DNA of 36,367 nucleotides from Spirochaetia bacterium. GTDB taxonomy: Bacteria; Spirochaetota; Spirochaetia; SZUA-6; Fen-1364. The stretch spans positions 1-36,367 of the forward strand of contig DATKLB010000022.1 in NCBI GenBank assembly GCA_035542615.1. The letters are read 5' to 3'. The position numbers were made by a program, and so were the translations under genes. The notes below the pieces were generated by a model that had not been told where the DNA came from, ran no database searches, and worked only from the letters and a program-made list of their open reading frames with translations. Below are positions 8,923 through 16,192 of the stretch, piece after piece; the stretch's first letter is position 1; each line of letters opens with the position of its first letter.

Positions 8923-10008
8923 ATGGCTCTGAAGATCCTCGCGATCAATCCCGGCTCCACATCCACGAAGCTCGCCTTGTACGATGACACAAACGAGTGC
9001 TGGAAAAAGGGAGTCTCTCATGCGTCCGAGGACATCGCCCGGTTTCGAAGGATCCAGGACCAGCTGGAGCTGCGAAGCTCGGCTGTGAACGAAAGTCTTG
9101 CCGAGGCGGGGATCCGGCTCTCCGACATCTCGGCCGTCGTCGGCAGGGGAGGCTTGCTCAAGCCACTGGCCGGCGGGGTCTACGAGGTCAACGAGCAGAT
9201 GAAGGCTGATCTCATCGCCTGCAAATATGGCACGCATGCTTCCAACCTGGGGGCGCTCATCGCGGACGCTATCGCATCGGAGATCGGCGTGAAGGCCTAT
9301 ATCGTCGACCCCGTTGTCGTGGATGAGCTGGATCCGATTGCCCGCTATTCGGGGATTCCCCAGATCCCCCGCCGGTCGATCTTCCACGCTCTGAACCAGA
9401 AGGCGACCGCGAAGAAGGCAGCCAGGAGCCTGGGAAAGAAATACGCCGACTGCACGCTGATCGTCGCCCACATGGGCGGGGGCACCTCGATCGGCATCCA
9501 CGAGCGGGGAAGGGTCGTGGATGTCAACAACGCCCTCGACGGCGAAGGCCCGTTTGCGATCGAGCGGGCGGGCACGGTCCCGGCAGGGGACTGGATGCGA
9601 TGGATCCTTTCTCACCAGCATGATCCCCAGGCCCTTCAGCTCATGCTCACGGGCAGAGGGGGGCTTGTCGCGTACCTTGGCACCAACGAGTTTCAGGAGA
9701 TCGAGAAGTCGGCGATGGGCGGGGGAGAGCTCGATGCAAATCTCTCCAATGAGCTGATCCGCGCGTTGTGCTACCAGATCGCCAAGTGCATAGCGGGGCT
9801 GGCAGCTTTCACCGCGGGCGAGCTGGACGCCATTGTCCTGACAGGCGGGATGGCGTTCTCCGATCGCGTGGTCAGGGAGATCTCCACGCGCGTGTCGTTC
9901 CTTGCGCCGGTGCTCCTGTTTCCGGGCGAGAACGAGCTGGAGGCACTCGCGATGGGGGTTCGCGAGGTTCTCCTGGGGGAGGCGCAGGCAATGACCTACC
10001 GGGGATGA
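8923..10008 (+). CDS. buk: Butyrate (short/branched-chain fatty acid) kinase
   Basis: MALKILAINPGSTSTKLALYDD..., VVGRGGLLKP, HASNLGA, IVDPVVVDEL, HMGGGTSIG and LDGEGPF run colinear with the clostridial Buk sequence as I recall it. Butyrate kinases start about 3-4 aa before the INPGSTSTK box, so I prefer ATG 8923 over the track start at 8896. No ptb gene is adjacent. Confidence 0.9.
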   Translation: MALKILAINPGSTSTKLALYDDTNECWKKGVSHASEDIARFRRIQDQLELRSSAVNESLAEAGIRLSDISAVVGRGGLLKPLAGGVYEVNEQMKADLIACKYGTHASNLGALIADAIASEIGVKAYIVDPVVVDELDPIARYSGIPQIPRRSIFHALNQKATAKKAARSLGKKYADCTLIVAHMGGGTSIGIHERGRVVDVNNALDGEGPFAIERAGTVPAGDWMRWILSHQHDPQALQLMLTGRGGLVAYLGTNEFQEIEKSAMGGGELDANLSNELIRALCYQIAKCIAGLAAFTAGELDAIVLTGGMAFSDRVVREISTRVSFLAPVLLFPGENELEALAMGVREVLLGEAQAMTYRG

Positions 10009-10020
10009 ACGGAGTCTGCA

Positions 10021-11106
10021 GTGCATCGTGGACCGACGGCACACGTGAACGCTGAACCACGCCTCCTTCCCTGGAACAGGAAGTTCCTCGGCTCCAAGAG
10101 GGTCCTGCGGGAATGGATCGCCGAGCGGATCATCGAGAGGGTGGGGACCCCAACCATTTTTCTCGATGGGTTCTGTGGCACGGGATCAGTCGGCGTGGCC
10201 ATGGCCCTGCACGGTGCACGACGGGTCGTGGCCGTCGATTCGCTTCTGTCCAACTGCGTTGTGCTCCGGGGGTTCGTCGAGATGTCTCGCCTCCGCGAGG
10301 ACGCGCGCATGGCCAGGCACATGTCCGAGCTGAATGAGCTTGCTCCTGTTCACGGGTACATTACCGAGAGCTACGGAGACACATACTTCACGCGCGAGAA
10401 CTGCTCACGAATGGACGCCATTCGTGAGAGGATCCAGAGCATGCGAGCAGACGGGGAGATTTCCGACAGCGAGCACGCGATACTGCTTGCCGCTTTTCTG
10501 CTTGCAGCCGACCGGGTGGCGAACACGATCGGCCAGTACGACGCTTTCCTCAAGCACATCGACAAACGGAGCATGGTCGGGGGACGGCACCTCGTGGATG
10601 AGAGAGTCAGGTCCAGGTTCGTGCTGCAGCCCCTCGAGCGGTTGGGCGACATTTCCCTCCAGGTCCTGCACGGAGAGATGATCAGCCTTGCCCCCGACAT
10701 CTCCGCCGACGTGGTCTACTATGATCCTCCCTACAACGGTCGGCAGTATTGCGACAACTACCATGTCCTTGAAAACCTCGCGCTCTGGCAAAAGCCTCCT
10801 CTTTTCGGCAAGACGCGAAAGTTCGACAGGCGCGGGATGCGGAGTCCATTCTCCAGTATGACCCAGGCCCAGGATGCCGTCCAAAGACTGATCTCAGCGA
10901 CTCCTGCCCGCGAGATCTTTTTTTCCTACAGCTCTGAAGGGATTCTTTCCCCCCGGAAAATACGAAATGTCCTTGCTCAACGCGGCGATGTCGAGCAGAT
11001 CGAGACCGAGTACCCGGTTTTTGGAAATGGCGCCGGGGTCTCGGTTCGTCGAAACGTCACGGAGATGCTTTTCCACCTGAGGGCCCGCAGGGGGACCCAT
11101 GGGTGA
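10021..11106 (+). CDS. D12 (Dam)-class N6-adenine DNA methyltransferase
   Basis: Starts at GTG 10021. Has an N-terminal F-L-G-S-K box (the Y-x-G-x-K equivalent), the AdoMet motif LDGFCGTGSVG and the catalytic VVYYDPPYN. The C-terminal IFFSYSS...VTEMLFHL is typical of the family. Confidence 0.85.
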   Translation: MHRGPTAHVNAEPRLLPWNRKFLGSKRVLREWIAERIIERVGTPTIFLDGFCGTGSVGVAMALHGARRVVAVDSLLSNCVVLRGFVEMSRLREDARMARHMSELNELAPVHGYITESYGDTYFTRENCSRMDAIRERIQSMRADGEISDSEHAILLAAFLLAADRVANTIGQYDAFLKHIDKRSMVGGRHLVDERVRSRFVLQPLERLGDISLQVLHGEMISLAPDISADVVYYDPPYNGRQYCDNYHVLENLALWQKPPLFGKTRKFDRRGMRSPFSSMTQAQDAVQRLISATPAREIFFSYSSEGILSPRKIRNVLAQRGDVEQIETEYPVFGNGAGVSVRRNVTEMLFHLRARRGTHG

Positions 11107-11971
11107 AAAGCGGGAGTTGGTCGATGAGACCGGCCTGTCCCGGGGATTCTACTCAGAGCGAAACCGGGTGAATGACCTCACTGGGCGGGAGTGGGTCTTC
11201 TGGACGCGGTCGGTCATCACGAAGCCGTATCCGCCCGACACGCAGCACGCGCTGCGCAGCCGACATGGCGGACAGAAGCCGCCACGGCTGTGCGCCGATC
11301 TGATCCGCGCGTTCACAAAATCCGGTGAAACGATCCTGGATCCCTTCATGGGTGTGGGCGGAGCGCTCCTGGGAGCGTCCCTCGCCGGCAGGAAGGCGGT
11401 CGGCATCGAGATCGACGCTCGGTGGATCGAGATCTACCGCGAGGTGTGCGCGAAAGAGAAGCTGGAGCAGCAGGAAGTTGTTGTCGCGGATGCCGGTGAG
11501 GCTCTCGCCGAAATGAAGGGCAGGATGTTCGACTGTGTTTTCACGGACGTCCCCTACTGGAAAATGGACAAGGCGGCCAGATCCCGGGGCGCGTTCAAAC
11601 GGGTCGGAGAGGCCTCGCGCCCCGCAAGGGCAAGCAAGCTCTCCGCTTTTGCCGCCGCGGAGTACGCGTCGAAGGGCGACTGGCTGGCGCATATGGGAAG
11701 GGTTTTTTCGCTCGCGGCCGGTCTGCTGAAGCCGCAGGGGTACCTTCTCACTTTCATCGGCGACATGTACCGGGACAACCAGTATCACTGCCTCTCCGCG
11801 GAGCTGGCCCAGGTGATCTCAGGAGTCCCCGGCATGGTGTGGAAGGCCAACATTGTCTGGTACGACGTTTCGAAGAAACTTCACCTCTATGGCTATCAAT
11901 ATTCGTACATACCTTCCCTGATCCATCAGAACGTTCTCGTTTTCCGCAACGAAGATCCGAAAGGACAGTAG
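11099..11971 (+). CDS. N4/N6 DNA methylase-family (PF01555-like) methyltransferase with permuted motif order
   Basis: H-GGQ-KP (aa 56-61), then DPFMGVGG (aa 81-88) and AVGIEID, as in the C-terminal half of beta-class MTases. These are followed by FTDVPYW (aa 148-154, a DPPY-like motif IV) and LLKPQGYLLTF. It overlaps the upstream MTase gene by 8 nt (ATGGGTGA). Confidence 0.75.
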   Translation: MGEKRELVDETGLSRGFYSERNRVNDLTGREWVFWTRSVITKPYPPDTQHALRSRHGGQKPPRLCADLIRAFTKSGETILDPFMGVGGALLGASLAGRKAVGIEIDARWIEIYREVCAKEKLEQQEVVVADAGEALAEMKGRMFDCVFTDVPYWKMDKAARSRGAFKRVGEASRPARASKLSAFAAAEYASKGDWLAHMGRVFSLAAGLLKPQGYLLTFIGDMYRDNQYHCLSAELAQVISGVPGMVWKANIVWYDVSKKLHLYGYQYSYIPSLIHQNVLVFRNEDPKGQ

Positions 11972-11973
11972 GC

Positions 11974-12720
11974 ATGGCGGAGTATCTGTTCGGATTTCAC
12001 ACGATCGAGGAGACCCTGCGCAGAGGAGTGTCAGGAGCGTCCCTGCTGGTCTCTCGGGAGAACGCGCGCATCGCCAGGCTTCGGGAGGCGGCTGAAAGCC
12101 GCGGGGTGCCGGTCTCCGAGGTCGATGATGGGGAGTTGACGCAACTGTGCGGCACCGACGCTCATCGCGGAGCGGTGCTCGTTCTTTCCCGTACCCCGGC
12201 CTCTCTGCAGAAAAACCTTCGTCACCTTGTCTCGGCTGTAAAGGATGCACCTGCACTGGTCCTTGTGTTGGACGGCGTGACTGATCCCCAGAATCTCGGC
12301 GCAATCCTGCGCTCGGCGGACCAGTTCGCGGCCGACATCGTCGTGATTCCGTCCCGCCGCTCCGCCCAGGAGACCCAGACGGTGGCCAAGGTCTCTGCCG
12401 GCGCCAGCGCCTACGTTCCCCTTGCGGTCGTTGCAAATATCCCTTCCGCGCTTGACCTCCTCACGGAGAATGGATTCTGGATCTTCGGCGCCGACATCCA
12501 GGGACAGACCACGGACACGCTTGACTTGAGCGGCAAGACGTGCCTCGTCCTGGGAAGCGAGGGCACGGGCATGCGGCGTCTTGTCAGGGAGAAGTGCGAC
12601 TTTCTCGTCCGCATTCCCGCGGCCGGGCACGTGGATTCCTTCAATGTCTCGGTTGCAGCGGGAATCCTGCTTTTCGAAGCCCGAAGGCAACAGGGGTTTC
12701 CCCACATCACCAGGAAATGA
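11974..12720 (+). CDS. rlmB: SpoU/TrmH-family 23S rRNA 2'-O-ribose methyltransferase (RlmB-like)
   Basis: ATG at 11974 lies 2 nt after the MTase stop. Motifs are FGFHTIEETL, LDGVTDPQNLGAILRSA, LVLGSEGTGM and DSFNVSVAAGILLFE. The track start at 11839 is an out-of-family extension. Confidence 0.85.
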   Translation: MAEYLFGFHTIEETLRRGVSGASLLVSRENARIARLREAAESRGVPVSEVDDGELTQLCGTDAHRGAVLVLSRTPASLQKNLRHLVSAVKDAPALVLVLDGVTDPQNLGAILRSADQFAADIVVIPSRRSAQETQTVAKVSAGASAYVPLAVVANIPSALDLLTENGFWIFGADIQGQTTDTLDLSGKTCLVLGSEGTGMRRLVREKCDFLVRIPAAGHVDSFNVSVAAGILLFEARRQQGFPHITRK

Positions 12721-12748
12721 TCCACTCTGAGCCGCCGAGCCCTCGTGC

Positions 12749-12846
12749 GGTACGGGAGTACCCGTTCGGCGAGTACGCCGTACGGGAGTGCGCGAGTACG
12801 CGCTCGGCAGTAGCCGTACCCGTTCGGCGAGTAGGCGAGTACGCCT
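12749..12846 (+). repeat. Block of interleaved short direct repeats forming five GC hairpins with identical AGTA loops
   Basis: Exact 18-mer GTACCCGTTCGGCGAGTA occurs at 12758-12775 and 12816-12833. GTACGGGAGT occurs at 12750-12759 and 12780-12789. CGAGTACGCC occurs at 12770-12779 and 12836-12845. Tandem GGCGAGTA x2 lies at 12826-12841. Hairpins are listed in the findings. Confidence 0.7.
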
Positions 12847-12913
12847 TCCGCGCGAAAGCGGCTTCTCGCACGGGGACTCCATCGGCGGCCGATGCAGTGT
12901 GACAGCCAAGGCC

Positions 12914-12942
12914 TCGACACATCGGCTTCCGTGAGGTAGACT
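12914..12942 (+). promoter_or_regulatory. Candidate promoter for the TetR-SDR operon (TCGACA-17-TAGACT)
   Basis: -35 TCGACA is at 12914-12919 and -10 TAGACT at 12937-12942, about 85 nt upstream of the GTG at 13025. Confidence 0.35.
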
Positions 12943-12958
12943 CTCTCTCGAAAAACGT

Positions 12959-12972
12959 ACCGACCGGTCGGT
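12959..12972. promoter_or_regulatory. Perfect 14-bp palindrome ACCGACCGGTCGGT (candidate TetR operator; alternatively a weak bidirectional terminator)
   Basis: The palindrome lies at about +10 to +23 of the predicted promoter. It is flanked by A5 upstream and TTTTTGTTCGGTTTTT downstream. Confidence 0.45.
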
Positions 12973-13024
12973 TTTTGTTCGGTTTTTCCCTGCGGTTAAG
13001 GGACCCGGGGGTCGGGAGGAGTCA

Positions 13025-13663
13025 GTGCAGGACAGAAGCACCCAAACCAGGAATCGCATCCTTCAGGTTTCTCTGCGGCTATTCGGGGAAAGAGGATACA
13101 ACGCGACCGGGGTTGCCCGGATCTGCAAGGCTTCCCAGGTGAGCAAGGGTGCTTTCTATCACCACTTTCGGAGCAAGCAGGCGCTCTTTCTCCAGCTCAT
13201 GCAGGGGTGGCTTTCCGGAGTCGACGGTCAGCTGCAACGCGCCCTGGCGGGCTCCCGGAGCGTTCCTTCGGGGTTGCTTGCCATGGCATCCGAGATGCGC
13301 CCGGTGTTCCAGGCCGCCGACGGGAGGCTCGAGATCTTCCTGGAGTTCTGGCAACAGGCTCGCCGGGACAAGGCGGTGTGGAAAGGGATCATGGCTCCCT
13401 ACCGGCGGTATCGGGACCTTCTGGCCGAGATCGTACGGCAGGGCATCGCGGAGGGATCGTTTCGGTCCGTGGACGCCAACGCAGCCGGGCAGGCCCTCGA
13501 GACACTGGCAGTGGGAACGCTGCTGCAAGGTGTCCTCGACCCTCGAGGGGCGAGATGGGACCGCGTCATAAGGAGCTCGGTGCGGCTCCTGATCGAGGGG
13601 CTGGCAGGGCAGCGCTCAGGGAGCGCGGCTGCTGCAGGACCAGGGCGCGCCGCAAGGAGGTAG
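13025..13663 (+). CDS. TetR/AcrR-family transcriptional regulator
   Basis: GTG start after GGGAGGAG. The N-terminal HTH is RILQVSLRLFGERGYNATGVARICKASQVSKGAFYHHFRSKQALF. Confidence 0.85.
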   Translation: MQDRSTQTRNRILQVSLRLFGERGYNATGVARICKASQVSKGAFYHHFRSKQALFLQLMQGWLSGVDGQLQRALAGSRSVPSGLLAMASEMRPVFQAADGRLEIFLEFWQQARRDKAVWKGIMAPYRRYRDLLAEIVRQGIAEGSFRSVDANAAGQALETLAVGTLLQGVLDPRGARWDRVIRSSVRLLIEGLAGQRSGSAAAAGPGRAARR

Positions 13664-13667
13664 ATGA

Positions 13668-14747
13668 ATGGTTCTCGTTACCGGAGCTGCGGGACACCTT
13701 GGCTGCGCTCTTCTCCGAGAGCTTTCGGCCAGCGGGGAAAGGATGCGGGCGTTCGTTCTTCCCGATGAGGATCGCACCGGGTTCAGAGGAATCCCTTTGG
13801 AAATCGCGACGGGAAATATCCTCGACCTGAAATCGATCCAACAGGCGGCCGACGGCGCTCGGATGATCTACCACCTTGCGGGGATCGTCTCGATCATGCC
13901 CGGGAAGGACGAGCTGATGAGGCGGGTCAACATCGAGGGAACCGCGAACGTGGCCCGGGTGTCCCGGGAGCAAGGGACACGAATGGTCTACGTCAGCTCG
14001 ATTCATGCCATTTCCCGTCCTCCCGAAGGAACTCTCATCGATGAGAGCGTCCCGATCGACCCCTGCAACCCGGCAGGGGAGTACGACCGGAGCAAGGCGG
14101 AGGCCTCTCTCGCCGTGCTGTCAGAGGTTGACCAAGGACTGGATGCGGTGATTGTGTGCCCGACAGGAATTATCGGTCCCTACGACTTCCGCGGAATCTC
14201 CCCAATGACCCGGCAGATGCGCGCATGGACCGTGCCCGGCAGCCACCTCGTTCCCGAGGGGCATTTCGATTTTGTCGACGTGCGCGACGTCGCGCAGGGG
14301 ATGATTCTAGCCGCCCGGCACGGGGTGAAAGGCCGGCTGTACATCCTCGCAGGCGAGCGTGTGTCGGTCAAGACGCTTTTCCATCTGGTCAAGGAAAGTG
14401 CCGCAACGCGCGGTCGCGCGATTCGGGTGCCCTCCAGCGTGATGCGTCTTGCCGCGGCGTTCTCTGCCCTGCATTCGCGGCTGTGGGGTACGAAAGTCCA
14501 GCTGACAAGGTACGCGTTGGAGACACTGCAGAGCAACTCCCTGATATCCTGCGACAGGGCGCGAGAGGAGCTGGGCTACCGGCCTCGCTCTCTCTCCCAG
14601 ACTATCAGGGACACGGTCACGTGGCTGCGTGAGAACCCTGAGCCGTCCGCACAGGCGATTGCAGCATTCGAGCGAGCCCGGGGGCGCACCGCCGCCGCCC
14701 CGCGGCGCGGGGGAGTTCGCCCGAAGCGGGTGCAGACGCCGCTGTGA
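13668..14747 (+). CDS. NAD-dependent epimerase/dehydratase (extended SDR; dihydroflavonol-reductase/HpnA-like)
   Basis: AAGGAGG lies 7 nt upstream. Has the Rossmann motif VLVTGAAGHLG and the catalytic YDRSK (YxxxK). Confidence 0.85.
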   Translation: MVLVTGAAGHLGCALLRELSASGERMRAFVLPDEDRTGFRGIPLEIATGNILDLKSIQQAADGARMIYHLAGIVSIMPGKDELMRRVNIEGTANVARVSREQGTRMVYVSSIHAISRPPEGTLIDESVPIDPCNPAGEYDRSKAEASLAVLSEVDQGLDAVIVCPTGIIGPYDFRGISPMTRQMRAWTVPGSHLVPEGHFDFVDVRDVAQGMILAARHGVKGRLYILAGERVSVKTLFHLVKESAATRGRAIRVPSSVMRLAAAFSALHSRLWGTKVQLTRYALETLQSNSLISCDRAREELGYRPRSLSQTIRDTVTWLRENPEPSAQAIAAFERARGRTAAAPRRGGVRPKRVQTPL

Positions 14748-14843
14748 GGCCGCGGGTCAGGCCTCTCCTTGAGGTTTCTCTGCAAGCGCCCCGCGCCGCG
14801 GTTCGTTGACCGGCGTCAGCCGGCGGTGGTACGCTTGCCGCGA

Positions 14844-16178
14844 ATGAGCTCAGATGGTCCCGTTTCTTCCCGGGAGCCGCTGGCGGAGCGCATGCGGCCG
14901 CGCACGCTGGAGGAGTTCGTCGGACAATCGCACATCCTCGGGCCGGACAAGCCCCTGCGCCTCCTGCTCGACTCCGGGCATCTGCCTTCGCTGATCTTCT
15001 GGGGCCCGCCGGGATGCGGCAAGAGCTCCCTGGCCCGGATCATCTCCCAGCGGCTCGGCTACTCCTTTCATTTTTTTTCCGCGGTCGTTTCCGGGATACG
15101 GGAGCTCAAGGACCTGTTCGCCCAGCTGGAAACGGAGACCACGGGAAAGAACCTCGTTTTCATCGACGAGATCCACAGGTTCAACAAGGCGCAACAGGAT
15201 GCGTTCCTGCCCTACGTCGAAAAAGGCGTCATCACGCTCATCGGGACGACGACGCTGAACCCTTCTTTCTCCATCGTATCTCCGCTGCTGTCCAGATCCC
15301 GGGTCTTCATCCTGAACACGCTGGACGAGGCCGAAATTCGCGAGGTCATGGCGCGGGCCCTTGCCGACCGGGAGAGAGGGTACGGTGGCACGCCGATCAC
15401 GTGCGAGCCCCATGTGCTGGAGATCATCGCCCGCTACTCGCAGGGCGACTGCCGGGCCGCTCTCAACGCGCTGGAAATGCTTGTCGAGTCCGCCCGCGCC
15501 TCCCCTGAGGCGCGGGGGCCGAGCGGAGAGATCAGCCTGACACGATTCCGGCTGGAGGCCGTCTTCGAGGGAAAGCTCCCCGACTACGATCGTGACGGGG
15601 AAGGGCACTACAACCTCATCTCCGCGCTCCACAAGAGCATCAGGGGGTCTGATCCCGACGCCTCACTGTACTGGCTCGCCCGAATGCTCGAAGGCGGAGA
15701 GGATCCCCTGTACATCGCGCGGCGGCTTCTGCGGGTGGCCTCCGAGGACGTGGGCCTGGCAGATCCGCAGGCGCTCGTGGTGGCGAACGCCGCCCAGGAA
15801 GCGGTGCATTTCCTGGGCATGCCGGAAGGCGACCTCGCGCTCGCCGAGACGGTTGTGTACCTGGCAACAGCGCCGAAGAGCAACGAGATCTACGCCGCGT
15901 ATGCGAAGGCGCGGGAAGATGCCCATGAGCACGGCGCGGACCCGGTTCCGCTCTATCTCAGAAACCCGGTCACGTCGCTCATGAAAAAAGCGGGCTACGG
16001 GGACGGATACCTGTATCCGCACGACCACGAGGATCGCGTCGTCAACCAGGAGTATTTCCCGCCACAGCTTTCCGGAAGGAAGTATTACACCCCATCCGAG
16101 TTCGGCTTCGAAAAGATCGTGGATAAGCGGATCAGGTGGTGGGAAGAGCGGCGCAGGGGCCGGCGGCCGGGAGGGTAG
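14844..16178 (+). CDS. rarA: Replication-associated recombination protein A (AAA+ ATPase RarA/MgsA)
   Basis: LAERMRPRTLEEFVGQSHILG, Walker A GPPGCGKSS, Walker B VFIDEIHRFNK, and a C-terminal MgsA domain (HYNLISALHKSIRGSD, YLRNP...GYG). I prefer ATG 14844 over the track start at 14769. Confidence 0.9.
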   Translation: MSSDGPVSSREPLAERMRPRTLEEFVGQSHILGPDKPLRLLLDSGHLPSLIFWGPPGCGKSSLARIISQRLGYSFHFFSAVVSGIRELKDLFAQLETETTGKNLVFIDEIHRFNKAQQDAFLPYVEKGVITLIGTTTLNPSFSIVSPLLSRSRVFILNTLDEAEIREVMARALADRERGYGGTPITCEPHVLEIIARYSQGDCRAALNALEMLVESARASPEARGPSGEISLTRFRLEAVFEGKLPDYDRDGEGHYNLISALHKSIRGSDPDASLYWLARMLEGGEDPLYIARRLLRVASEDVGLADPQALVVANAAQEAVHFLGMPEGDLALAETVVYLATAPKSNEIYAAYAKAREDAHEHGADPVPLYLRNPVTSLMKKAGYGDGYLYPHDHEDRVVNQEYFPPQLSGRKYYTPSEFGFEKIVDKRIRWWEERRRGRRPGG

Positions 16179-16192
16179 GTCGACCCCGGCTG

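Noticed and set aside
10405-11788. Looked for a hidden restriction endonuclease inside or opposite the methyltransferase block (ORFs 10405-10884(-) and 11153-11788(-)).
   Set aside because: Both are antisense shadows without PD-(D/E)XK, HNH or GIY-YIG-like motifs that I can see, and there is no free coding space in the block.
12717-12902. A 61-codon plus-strand ORF whose ATG overlaps the rlmB stop (ATGA). It encodes a peptide with EYPFGEYA / VGEYAF repeats.
   Set aside because: The repetition follows directly from the DNA-level repeat/hairpin block. There is no RBS, and GC-rich spacers stay open by chance. I kept it as a remote alternative under the hairpin finding.
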